Below are positions 28,724 to 37,029 of a stretch of 37,029 nt of DNA, in pieces. Each line of letters starts with the position of its first letter. Positions within the stretch are counted from its first letter, which is position 1. The notes beneath the pieces are model-generated. The model was given only the letters and a program-made list of their open reading frames with translations. It was not told the origin of the DNA and did no database searches. The position numbers were made by a program, and so were the translations under genes. The DNA comes from a bacterium (GTDB lineage Bacteria; UBP18; UBA7526): positions 1-37,029 of the forward strand of contig JAUWYL010000011.1 of NCBI GenBank assembly GCA_030615855.1, given 5' to 3'.

Positions 28724-29816
28724 AATCTTTTCTCCGATGATACTTGTAGTAGGTGGCGCAGGTTCCTTCTGAAGAAACCATGCAGGGGCCGATGGGATGC
28801 TCTGGAGTACACTCTTTAACGAATAGGCTACACTCAACTGGAATCCTTACTCCTCTTAGGATCTCACCACAGAGACACCCTTTCGGCTCCGGACTACTCT
28901 CTATCTGAACATCAAAGGCTTTTTCAGCATTAAAGGAACTAAATTCTTTTCTTAATCTTAATCCACTATTGGGAATGGTTCCTAAGCCTCGCCAGGAAGA
29001 ATCACTAATTTCAAAGACTTTATCTAACTCTTTTTGAGCCTTGATATTTCCTTCTGGTTTCACACATCTTCGATATTGGATTTCAACCTTGGGCTTTCTT
29101 TCTCTTATCTGGAGGAGTAACATATAAATGGACTGTAAGACATCTAATGGTTCAAAGCCGGATATGACACAGGGGGTGCCAAACTCTTTAGAGATGAATT
29201 CATAGGGTCGTGAGCCGATGATGGTGGAGACATGTCCCGGAGAGATAAAACCAGCGAGGTTTACCTCCTTAGCTTCCAGGATGGCTTTCATGGCAGGAGG
29301 AATTAATTTATGAGCAGAGAGAAGAAAGAAATTTTTTATTCCCTCTTTCTTTGCCCTTGAAAGAGTGCAGGCGATGCTGGGAGAGGTAGTCTCAAAGCCT
29401 ATGCCGAAGAAGATGGTTTTCTTCTTGGGATTTTCTTTGGCAATCCTTAAGGCATCCAGACTGGAATAGACTATCCTGACATCTTTCCCTTGGGCCTTGG
29501 CCTCTTCTAAACTCGAGGAAGAACCAGGGACTTTTATCATATCCCCGAAAGTAGTGAAGATAATACCGGGCAGCCCAGCCAGAGCAATGGCTCTATCTAT
29601 GGTCTCCATGGGGGTTACGCAGACCGGGCATCCGGGCCCGGATAATAGGTTCACTCCCTGGGGAAGTAGCTCTTTGATTCCATGTTTAAAGATGGCTACG
29701 GTATGGGTGCCGCAGACCTCCATGAGATTAACCTCTCTATCTGGAGTGAGGCCTTTGATTCCATCTAAAAGTTTCCTGGCTAACTTAGGATCCCGGAACT
29801 CATCAACGAACCTCAT
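28710..29816 (-). CDS. hypD: Hydrogenase maturation protein HypD
   Basis: MEVCGTHT, GPGCPVC, GFETT, PGHVS, GPCMVSSEGTC. Confidence 0.98.
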   Translation of the reverse strand: MRFVDEFRDPKLARKLLDGIKGLTPDREVNLMEVCGTHTVAIFKHGIKELLPQGVNLLSGPGCPVCVTPMETIDRAIALAGLPGIIFTTFGDMIKVPGSSSSLEEAKAQGKDVRIVYSSLDALRIAKENPKKKTIFFGIGFETTSPSIACTLSRAKKEGIKNFFLLSAHKLIPPAMKAILEAKEVNLAGFISPGHVSTIIGSRPYEFISKEFGTPCVISGFEPLDVLQSIYMLLLQIRERKPKVEIQYRRCVKPEGNIKAQKELDKVFEISDSSWRGLGTIPNSGLRLRKEFSSFNAEKAFDVQIESSPEPKGCLCGEILRGVRIPVECSLFVKECTPEHPIGPCMVSSEGTCATYYKYHRRKDYEKR

Positions 29817-30021
29817 TAATTTCCTCTAATAATTTTAAAGTTTCTTGGGCTTCTTTCTCATCTATTCTCTGTATAGCAAAGCCGGCATGGAGAAGGACGT
29901 ATTCCCCTATCCTGACATATTTGAGGAGCTGGATACTAATCTTTCGCCTCACTCCTCCAACATCAACCTCTGCCATCCCCTCATCTATACTGGTTACTTT
30001 GGCTGGAATCCCAAGACACAT
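29803..30021 (-). CDS. hypC: Hydrogenase chaperone HypC
   Basis: MCLGIP, GEYVLLHAGFAI. Confidence 0.98.
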   Translation of the reverse strand: MCLGIPAKVTSIDEGMAEVDVGGVRRKISIQLLKYVRIGEYVLLHAGFAIQRIDEKEAQETLKLLEEINEVR

Positions 30022-30038
30022 TTTTATCTCCTAAAATT

Positions 30039-30092
30039 CCGTCTATCCGTCAGTCCATCAGTCCGTCAAACTATTGACTATCGACTATCGAC
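30039..30092. repeat. Octamer + heptamer array between hypF and hypC
   Basis: ccgtctat ccgtcagt ccatcagt ccgtcaaa then ctattga ctatcga ctatcga. Confidence 0.8.
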
Positions 30093-30095
30093 AAG

Positions 30096-32507
30096 TTACA
30101 GGCTGCAGGCCTGATACTGTTTTGCTGCGATTACTGCCTGGCCAAGCGAAATTCCCCCATCGTTAGTGGGAACTTTAGAATGAGTATAGCAAGTGAAGGA
30201 ATTCTCTCTCAATCTCTCTAATATTTTCTTAAGGAGAAGTCTATTCTGAAAGACTCCCCCGCTTAAGGCTACCCTATCTACACCCGTCTTCTTCTTGAGA
30301 CATCTGCAGATATCTAAGGTAAATTCCGCTACTGTATTATGAAACTTCGCAGCAATAATAGGCCTGGCCACCTTCTTTTTCAAATCCTCAACTATTCCCA
30401 AAATTATCGGCTCAGGATTAATAATAAAAATTCCTTTTTCTTCCTCCATCTCAAATTGGTAGCCTGGAACCCGAAGCTTGGAGCCTGTAACCTTCTCTGC
30501 CTCCTGCTGCAATTCAATGGCTGCCTGTGCCTCATAGCTTGAGATATCACATATTCCAATTAAAGATGAGACAGCATCGAAGAGTCTTCCCATACTGGAG
30601 GCCAGGGGAGAATTGATGCCCTTATCAATCATCTTCAATAATATTTGCACCTTATTTTTATTCCATCTCCTGTCAAAGTCCAATTTTAGTTTTTGAAAAT
30701 CTCTGTCCAGGGTTCGATGGAGATAGCTGATCGCCATTCTATAGGGCTCTTCTATTGTCCTATTCCCTCCAGGGAGAGGAATATATTTTAGATGAGCCAT
30801 CCTTTCAAAGTCTTGATAATCAGCGATTAAGAACTCTCCACCCCAGATCTTCCCATCTGTACCATAGCCCGTACCGTCAAAGGCCACCCCGATCACCTTT
30901 CCTTTCACTCCGTTATCTACCATACAGCTTACGATGTGGGCGTGGTGGTGCTGAATCCCAATAAGTCGCATATCGCATATCGCATATCGCATATCGTGTT
31001 TTAATTGCACTGCGTATTTTGTGGAAAGGTATTCTGGATGGAGATCGTGGGCAATGATCTCTGGTTCAATAGAAAATAGTCTCTTAAAATGTTCCAAGCA
31101 TCTTTCATAGAACCGAAGGTTCTCCCAGTTTTTGAGGTCCCCAATATGCTGGGAGAGAAAGGCATAGCGGCCCCTGGTCAGACAGAAGGTATTCTTCAGT
31201 TCTCCGCCACAGGCCAATACTTGAGGCATCTCAAACTCTAAATCTATGGGGAGGGGAATATAGCCCCGAGATCTTCGTATCATATGCTCTTTACCGTCCA
31301 TTACTTGGACGATAGAATCATCACATGGTATATAGATATCTCGATTATGGATTAAGGAATAGTCCGCTATTCCAGATAGTCTACTTAAAGCATCATGATT
31401 ATCAGTAATGAGTGGCTCACCGCTTAGATTGCCGCTAGTCATAACTAAAGCAAAAAAGGAATTCTCTAGGAGTAAATAATGTAGTGGGGTATAGGGAAGC
31501 ATTACCCCTAAGTAACCATTCCCTGGTGCTATAGATTCCGCAATGGGAAAGCTACCCTTTCTCTTCTTAAGTAGAACAATGGGTCTCTGGGGGCTTTTTA
31601 ATAACTCTCTTTCCTTCTCTCTCACTTGACAATAATTTCTTATCTTCTCAACATCAAAGGACATAATGGCCAAAGGCTTATTCGGCCTCCTCTTGCGCTT
31701 GCGCAGGGCTCTAACCGCCTCCTCACTTGTAGCATCACAGGCCAGATGAAATCCCCCAAGTCCCTTAATGGCTATAATTTTTCCTTTCTTCAGCAATTCA
31801 ATCGTCTTTTCAATTGCCTTTTCTCCTTTCGCTAAACTTTGCATTTTGTCCGCCCCATCCGCCCTAGAGGGGCGAGACCTCGCCTTCGGCGGGCATTTTG
31901 CACCCCGCCCAGCTCCGCTAAGCGGGGCTGGGTTTTGCATTAGATTTATCTGTGGCCCACAATCCGGGCAGGCAGTTGGCTGGGTATGGTATCTCCGCTG
32001 GGAAATATTTAGATATTCTTCCTGGCAGGAGGAGCACATGGTAAACCTATCCATGGTTGTCTTCTCCCGATCATAGGGGAGATCTCGAATGATGGAGAAT
32101 CTTGGGCCACAGTTGGTACAGTTTATGAAAGGATACCTATATCTCCTATCTTTGGCATCGAATAATTCATCCAGGCAATGGAAACAGATACTTATATCTG
32201 GAGAGACTAAAGTGGATTTCTCTTCTTGGATTAGGCTCTCCTTTACCTCAAAGGATCTATAGCCATTAGGGGGGTGAGGCTCTATTCTCTTCTTCTCTAT
32301 TCTTGCCAGGGGGGGAGCCTGAGTAAAGATTTTTTGATAGAAATTCCTAATATTCTCTCTTTCACCTTCAACATCAATAATCACTCCCTTTCCAGAGTTC
32401 AAGACCCAGCCTCTGAGATTGTAGACTTCAGCCAATCTATGAATAAAGGGGCGAAAACCCACCCCCTGAACAACGCCCGATAGCTCTATCCTTGCTGCCC
32501 CTTTCAC
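30096..32507 (-). CDS. hypF: Carbamoyltransferase HypF with repeat-derived insertions
   Basis: GVVQGVGFRPF, FINCTNCGPR, CPDCGP, KGLGGFHL, HDLHPEYLST, QHHHAH, SSMGRLFD, SGGVFQN, NDGGISLGQ. Confidence 0.98.
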   Translation of the reverse strand: MKGAARIELSGVVQGVGFRPFIHRLAEVYNLRGWVLNSGKGVIIDVEGERENIRNFYQKIFTQAPPLARIEKKRIEPHPPNGYRSFEVKESLIQEEKSTLVSPDISICFHCLDELFDAKDRRYRYPFINCTNCGPRFSIIRDLPYDREKTTMDRFTMCSSCQEEYLNISQRRYHTQPTACPDCGPQINLMQNPAPLSGAGRGAKCPPKARSRPSRADGADKMQSLAKGEKAIEKTIELLKKGKIIAIKGLGGFHLACDATSEEAVRALRKRKRRPNKPLAIMSFDVEKIRNYCQVREKERELLKSPQRPIVLLKKRKGSFPIAESIAPGNGYLGVMLPYTPLHYLLLENSFFALVMTSGNLSGEPLITDNHDALSRLSGIADYSLIHNRDIYIPCDDSIVQVMDGKEHMIRRSRGYIPLPIDLEFEMPQVLACGGELKNTFCLTRGRYAFLSQHIGDLKNWENLRFYERCLEHFKRLFSIEPEIIAHDLHPEYLSTKYAVQLKHDMRYAICDMRLIGIQHHHAHIVSCMVDNGVKGKVIGVAFDGTGYGTDGKIWGGEFLIADYQDFERMAHLKYIPLPGGNRTIEEPYRMAISYLHRTLDRDFQKLKLDFDRRWNKNKVQILLKMIDKGINSPLASSMGRLFDAVSSLIGICDISSYEAQAAIELQQEAEKVTGSKLRVPGYQFEMEEEKGIFIINPEPIILGIVEDLKKKVARPIIAAKFHNTVAEFTLDICRCLKKKTGVDRVALSGGVFQNRLLLKKILERLRENSFTCYTHSKVPTNDGGISLGQAVIAAKQYQACSL
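30966..30996. repeat. (TCGCATA)x4 heptamer array inside hypF
   Basis: Perfect tandem copies encoding DMRYAICDMR just before IGIQHHHAH. Confidence 0.92.
31838..31940. repeat. In-frame insert in hypF: TGCAAAA heptamer array interrupted by GC-rich palindromes
   Basis: Minus strand TGCAAAA-[CCCAGCCCCGCTTAGCGGAGCTGGGCGGGG]-TGCAAAA-TG-[CCCGCCGAAGGCGAG...GGGGCGGA]-CAAAA-TGCAAAG. Confidence 0.85.
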
Positions 32508-32609
32508 CCCGCCCCTCCTGTGATTAGAATTTTCATTCTCATTCCTCTCTAATTAAGTCCGCAAAACGCATAGAATGATGATTTAGCCTTCTTAAAGGAG
32601 GGGCGGGGT
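32506..32609. mobile_element. MITE-like element (104 bp, 14 bp perfect terminal inverted repeats) at the hypF start
   Basis: ACCCCGCCCCTCCT (32506-32519) ... AGGAGGGGCGGGGT (32596-32609); (T)GA duplicated at the ends on the minus strand. Confidence 0.75.
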
Positions 32610-32621
32610 TCATTTCAATCT

Positions 32622-32966
32622 CTACTCTCCTTCGATATTCTCTATATAGACGTTCTTGCCCGATATGATCTCAATGTCCTTTCCCCCGCAGTGAGGACAG
32701 CTAAGCCCTGCTTCCTGGGCGGAGATCTTTTTCCCACAATCCGAACATCTTGCTTCTACTCCTTCTTTCTCAATCTCAAGTATTGCTTCTTCAGCAATAC
32801 TTCCCGGAAGGATATGGTCCATAAAACTATGCCTTAGGAATCCCTCCTCAACACCCGAGGCCTCTCCCAGTCTTATCTTAATCCTGGTTATTCTCTTTAA
32901 TCCATTTTCTTTTGCCTTCTCTCTTGCTTTGGCAAATAGATCCTTAGCAATCCCTAACTCATGCAT
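32622..32966 (-). CDS. hypA: Hydrogenase nickel metallochaperone HypA
   Basis: MHE N-terminus, CSDC and CPHC zinc sites. Confidence 0.97.
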   Translation of the reverse strand: MHELGIAKDLFAKAREKAKENGLKRITRIKIRLGEASGVEEGFLRHSFMDHILPGSIAEEAILEIEKEGVEARCSDCGKKISAQEAGLSCPHCGGKDIEIISGKNVYIENIEGE

Positions 32967-33423
32967 TCTTTCTTAACCATCCCTCTATCTTCTCTATTGC
33001 CCCTTTGACTGGAGAAGAGATCCCTTCCCCTAACTTAGCTTCCCTGGGCTGAATGGCCAGCATGAAGACATCTGCTCTGGTTTCTTCTTTCAGATAATTC
33101 ATGAAGACCCTTGGTGAGACATCATGAGTGGAATAACCAATATTTTTTATCGCCTCTATTTCGATTAACTCCATCCTTCCTGGTGTCCATCCCAAATCAC
33201 AGGCATCGATGACCAGGATGGTATCGGGTTTGAGAGAGGCGATCTTGCCCACATAGTTCTCTGGGGCACTTCCTCCATCTAAGAGATGGGCTCTTACTTT
33301 ACCTCTTAGCCTTTTAACCAAATAGGGGCCGAGCCCATCGTCCCCCTTTAAAATATTCCCTACCCCAACAATGACTATCTTCCCCTTTAATCTCTCTTTC
33401 AATCTCTTCTCTATATCCTTCAT
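32959..33423 (-). CDS. hycI: Hydrogenase maturation endopeptidase (HycI type)
   Basis: VGVGNILKGDDGLG, GSAPEN, IDAC, STH. Confidence 0.92.
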   Translation of the reverse strand: MKDIEKRLKERLKGKIVIVGVGNILKGDDGLGPYLVKRLRGKVRAHLLDGGSAPENYVGKIASLKPDTILVIDACDLGWTPGRMELIEIEAIKNIGYSTHDVSPRVFMNYLKEETRADVFMLAIQPREAKLGEGISSPVKGAIEKIEGWLRKNA

Positions 33424-33427
33424 CTTC

Positions 33428-34021
33428 TCAATCGGCCAGGGTTACTTCTCTGCGGCATTTGGGACAGAGGAACTTTATCCTATCAGAGCGCTTGGGCAAC
33501 TTCTTCAAGCGACGAACCTCTTTCTCTGCCAGACCTAGTTCCTTATGGGAAACTAAAAGTAAGCCCAGATTGGCATAGGCCAACAGGCCCAATCTTCTTA
33601 CTACCCACTTAACATGATCTGTAGTGCCAATTATCGCTCCACAGTATTCACAGAGTAAGAGGTCCTTCTCTATAGAAGTCTTTGCTTTCGCTCTATCAAA
33701 AGTGGCCAGGTCATATTCCGGAGTGAGCCTTATTCCCTTCTCTGTAATGCAGTTTGTCTGACACTCTCCGCAGAAGATACATTTATCGTAGTATAGGATT
33801 ATGTTTCTCTTTCTTTTCTTTAGATCATCAAAGAGCTCCAGGGCATCTGAGGGGCAGACCTCAACACAGGCCCCACAGCCCACACATTCGGCTTCATCAA
33901 ACTCTGCCTTACCTCTATACTTAGGAGCGGGACTGGGAACTTTAGGAAACTTGGTAGTATAGGGACCTTTAAAAATGGCTTTAATCGCTTCTCTCAATTC
34001 TCTCAGTTTGGGATATCTCAT
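33428..34021 (-). CDS. NuoI/HycF/MbhN-like 2x[4Fe-4S] subunit with extra C-terminal CxxC pair
   Basis: PYTTKFP, YRG, CVGCGACVEVCP, CIFCGECQTNC, CEYC ... CPKC. Confidence 0.9.
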   Translation of the reverse strand: MRYPKLRELREAIKAIFKGPYTTKFPKVPSPAPKYRGKAEFDEAECVGCGACVEVCPSDALELFDDLKKRKRNIILYYDKCIFCGECQTNCITEKGIRLTPEYDLATFDRAKAKTSIEKDLLLCEYCGAIIGTTDHVKWVVRRLGLLAYANLGLLLVSHKELGLAEKEVRRLKKLPKRSDRIKFLCPKCRREVTLAD

Positions 34022-34039
34022 CTAAACCTCGCTTTGCAC

Positions 34040-34282
34040 GGTTAGTTTACAGTTTACAGCAACGGGTTTACAGCAAAAAGAAGAAGAGTACCAGATTACC
34101 AGAATAGACGCCTAACAAGTTGGCTAGATTCTTCGCGATGCTCAGAATACAGATGGAGAAGGTCAGTTATCAGAGGGTCAGATTAAAAAAATTGAACCTG
34201 GTATTCTGAATTCTCATTCTGATGGTCTGATGTTCTGATAATCTATAGTTTCACTGGTTACTGTTCGCTGGTTACTGGTTAC
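34040..34282. repeat. Nested intergenic repeat complex
   Basis: GTTTACA-type and CTGGTTA-type heptamers on the outside, inverted (T/C)CAGA.. / TCTGA.. octamers inside, and a central hairpin-like gattcttcgcgatgctcagaat. Confidence 0.7.
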
Positions 34283-34607
34283 TTCTCTTATCTTCTTTAT
34301 ATCTATCTACCACGCTCTTCTTCCAGAGTTTAACCCCTGAGATGTGGGCTCCCCGAGCCAGAGCATGGGCAGATACCGGTGCTGTCAATACCAAAAAGAT
34401 AATACAGAATAAGGTTTTTATCCCGGCAGCAGTTATTCCGAGCATTAAGAAGGCTCCAAAGAGGATACTGCAGGTTCCGAAGGTAACACATTTAGTAGAG
34501 GCTTGAAGGCGATTATATACATCAGGAAGTCTTACTAATCCTAAACAACCAAAGAAATCAAAGACCAGTCCCACCACAATAAAAATCATTCCCATAATGT
34601 TATTCAT
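34272..34607 (-). CDS. MrpG/MbhC-like antiporter subunit
   Basis: GLVRLPDVYNRLQASTK, LTAPVSAHALARGA. Confidence 0.93.
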   Translation of the reverse strand: MNNIMGMIFIVVGLVFDFFGCLGLVRLPDVYNRLQASTKCVTFGTCSILFGAFLMLGITAAGIKTLFCIIFLVLTAPVSAHALARGAHISGVKLWKKSVVDRYKEDKRSNQ

Positions 34608-35052
34608 CAAAGTTTCTCCCTTCTATATATTTAGCTAAGGCAATGGTACCAATGAAGCTCTGCAGGGCCCAGGCAATTCCGATATCTATATACCAGGTGC
34701 GACCAGTAGGGATGCCCAAAATGGCGCAGAACCCAACGATCAAGATTCCTAATATATCAATGGCCACTATGCGATCTGGTGCGCTGGGGCCTCTCAAGAT
34801 ACGATAAAGACAAAAGGCACCACAAAGTAAGACTATAAAGAAACAGCGCATAAGGAAAGACGACTGCCATCGTATCAAAGAAGGAAGGGGATAAAAGATA
34901 ACTACGGCGGTTATTCCCAGGATAGTTATCGTCCCCATTAACCAGCGTAACCGCCGATACTCAGGCGCTACTATAGTTTGCCTTGAGATACTTCGCCGCT
35001 TATTTTTTCGTAGAATCTGTGGATTTTTCTTTCCCCTATCTCGCGCCTTCAT
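34600..35052 (-). CDS. MrpF/MbhB-like subunit with N-terminal extension
   Basis: LYRILRGPSAPDRIVAID, SFIGTIALAKY; ATGA overlap with the mrpE-like gene. Confidence 0.88.
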   Translation of the reverse strand: MKARDRGKKNPQILRKNKRRSISRQTIVAPEYRRLRWLMGTITILGITAVVIFYPLPSLIRWQSSFLMRCFFIVLLCGAFCLYRILRGPSAPDRIVAIDILGILIVGFCAILGIPTGRTWYIDIGIAWALQSFIGTIALAKYIEGRNFDE

Positions 35053-35543
35053 TCAAAAATCCTCGAAAGTATCTTTTCAAACCGGTGAACGATCAACCTG
35101 GTAGCCCGCTCAATATCCTTATCTTTAACATTGATCCAGTGGACATAAAGGAAGCCTTTTTCCTGATTGATATCTACACTCAGAGTACCGGGAGTTAAGG
35201 TAATGGAATTGGCCAAAAAAGTTAAGCCGGTATCTGAGGTTAAAATAGTCTTTACTTTGACTATCCCGGGATTGATGGGCACATCAGGATGGCCCACCCT
35301 CCAAGCAACATCGATATTGGCCTTAAAACATTCCCAGATAAAGATAGGAAGATAATAGAGAAACCAGAGATATCGCTTGGGGTTCTTCAGTACATGGGGT
35401 CGCTGTACAAACATGTCTCCAGTCATAAAAGATACAAAACTAGCCACCAAGATTCCGATGGCAAAATGTTGCCAGTCAGGTGGCCAGGTCAGGCCCATCC
35501 AGACTAAAAATGCGAGAAAGAATAAGATAACTCTGCTTTTCAT
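35049..35543 (-). CDS. MrpE/MbhA-like subunit
   Basis: ANIDVA, INPGIV, LANSITLTPGTL, LYVHWI. Confidence 0.95.
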   Translation of the reverse strand: MKSRVILFFLAFLVWMGLTWPPDWQHFAIGILVASFVSFMTGDMFVQRPHVLKNPKRYLWFLYYLPIFIWECFKANIDVAWRVGHPDVPINPGIVKVKTILTSDTGLTFLANSITLTPGTLSVDINQEKGFLYVHWINVKDKDIERATRLIVHRFEKILSRIFE

Positions 35544-37029
35544 TTTATAGCCTCGAACACTAAAATTGCATACTCTTTCCCAGCCAATAGGGCTTCTGTT
35601 GCTGAGGCAAGAAAGACTCCTTTAAGCGCGGGAATTAAAAGTAGTCCTCCGACCAGACAGAGGATAGATAAAACAATCATCGATAGCCTCATAGTTAAGG
35701 GAACCTCTTTTATTCTACTCCACTTTTCTCCTAATTTTCCAAAGAAGGCTAAACGCTGAAGTTTCAAATAATATGCTAAGGTTAAGATGCTTATTAAAAC
35801 AGCTACTGATGCTAATATAAAGTGCCCGGCCTGAACAGCGGCAATAATGATGATCAATTTACTCCAGAAGCCACTCAAAGGTGGAACACCAGATATAGAG
35901 AGGGAAGCGGTCAGACTGCTATACCCCGTAACCGGCATTCTAAGGCCTAATCCACCCATCTTTTTCAGATTCCTGGTTCCCGTAGCATATTCTATGGCCC
36001 CGGAATTTAAGAAGAGTAACGATTTGAAGACCGCATGATTGATGAGATGAAAGAGCCCTCCCAGGATAGCCAAAGGTGTCCCGATACCGATGGCTAAGAA
36101 GATATAGCCTATTTGGCTGATACTGGAATAAGCGAGCATCCTTTTTATATCCTCCTGCCCAATGGCCAAGAATCCGCCCAGTACCATGGAAACGACCCCT
36201 AAAATCATCAAAAGAGTTGATACTGGAGGCGAAATTCCTAAAACGTTGAAAAGAACCCTCATTAAAGCATAGATCCCGAGAACCTTAATTAATACCCCAG
36301 AAAGCATGGCTGAAACTGGTGCTGGAGCAGAGGGATGAGCATCAGGAAGCCACCAGTGAAAAGGCACCAAAGCAGCCTTTAGACCAAAACCCATTAGAAA
36401 CAAGACTGTTACGAAAGGTACTATCTGGCCCGCACCGGTTTTGACCAAAAAACGGCTCATATCAGCCATGTTTAAGGTGGAAGTGAAACTATAGAGGAGT
36501 ACGATTCCTAATAGAATGAAAGAAGAGGCAAGAAGGCCCATCACCATATACTTAAAAGATGCCTCTAACTCCTCATGTTCCGTGCCGAAGGCAACCAGAG
36601 CATAACTTGAGATGGCCGCGATCTCCAAAAATACGAATAGATTGAACATATCCCCAGTAACGATTACCCCATTCATCCCGGCAAGCATCAATAGAAATAA
36701 GCAATAGAACTTCCATTTAGCGGTATATCTTTCCATGTAACTGATGGAATAGATAGTAACCAAAAAGGCGATTGAGTTAACAGTAACCAACATGAAGGAG
36801 GTTAGGCTATCCAGAACCATACAGATTCCTATGGGTGGAACCCAACCCCCTACTTTATATACTAACATCCCATGTTTGCCAACTAAAGATATGGAAAATA
36901 AAGAAAGGAGAAGTAAGGAAAGGGTGGCTAAATTGGATAAAGAATCAGAAAAATTCTTTACTCTTTTTCCAAAAAGAGAGACCAGAAATGCAGTACCCAA
37001 TGGTATAGCCACGAAGAGGGGCAATAGGT
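35540..37029 (-). CDS. MrpD/MbhH (NuoL/M/N-type) proton-translocating subunit; frame open to the window edge
   Basis: GDMFNLFVFLE, EASFKY, GLKAALVPFHWWLPDAHPSAP, KRMLAYSSISQIG, NHAVFKSLLF, GVPPLSGFWSK. Confidence 0.94.
   Translation of the reverse strand, partial: LLPLFVAIPLGTAFLVSLFGKRVKNFSDSLSNLATLSLLLLSLFSISLVGKHGMLVYKVGGWVPPIGICMVLDSLTSFMLVTVNSIAFLVTIYSISYMERYTAKWKFYCLFLLMLAGMNGVIVTGDMFNLFVFLEIAAISSYALVAFGTEHEELEASFKYMVMGLLASSFILLGIVLLYSFTSTLNMADMSRFLVKTGAGQIVPFVTVLFLMGFGLKAALVPFHWWLPDAHPSAPAPVSAMLSGVLIKVLGIYALMRVLFNVLGISPPVSTLLMILGVVSMVLGGFLAIGQEDIKRMLAYSSISQIGYIFLAIGIGTPLAILGGLFHLINHAVFKSLLFLNSGAIEYATGTRNLKKMGGLGLRMPVTGYSSLTASLSISGVPPLSGFWSKLIIIIAAVQAGHFILASVAVLISILTLAYYLKLQRLAFFGKLGEKWSRIKEVPLTMRLSMIVLSILCLVGGLLLIPALKGVFLASATEALLAGKEYAILVFEAIK

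Noticed and set aside
19936-37029. Selenocysteine or stop-codon read-through in the hydrogenase and Fe-S genes
   Set aside because: The ORFs are full length with Cys at the expected motifs; the breaks found in this window are 1-nt indels, not in-frame TGA codons.

Overview
A 37 kb bacterial chromosomal segment, probably from an anaerobe, with every credible gene on the minus strand. In transcription order (right to left): the distal part of a membrane-bound energy-converting [NiFe]-hydrogenase/Mrp locus (mrpD/E/F/G-like, NuoI-like ferredoxin, HycI-type protease, hypA-F-C-D-E, no hypB in view); an operon with a frameshifted aldo-keto reductase, MOSC protein, nadA, a cysteine-free ThiF/MoeB E1, a cyclophilin-like protein, CutA, Nfu, a MoaD-like ubiquitin-fold protein, an SmsC/SmsB-type SufC-SufB pair, RseC and a YHS-containing permease; arsR-acr3; mfd, two parvulin PPIases, frameshifted pdxA, rsmA, glycerate kinase; three exported TPR proteins, eno, ftsB/divIC; two CAU tRNAs (one an atypical initiator); tilS-hpt-ftsH. 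Two candidate undescribed systems stand out. (1) A minimal SMS-type Fe-S scaffold translationally coupled to a ubiquitin-like sulfur-relay module. (2) A pervasive set of 6-8 bp tandem arrays and small GC-rich palindromes, often inverted and nested, that fill intergenic gaps and sit in frame inside eno, rsmA, mfd, tilS and hypF. One MITE-like element split the hypF start codon and supplies a replacement SD and GTG. All calls come from reading motifs by eye; no database searches were run.
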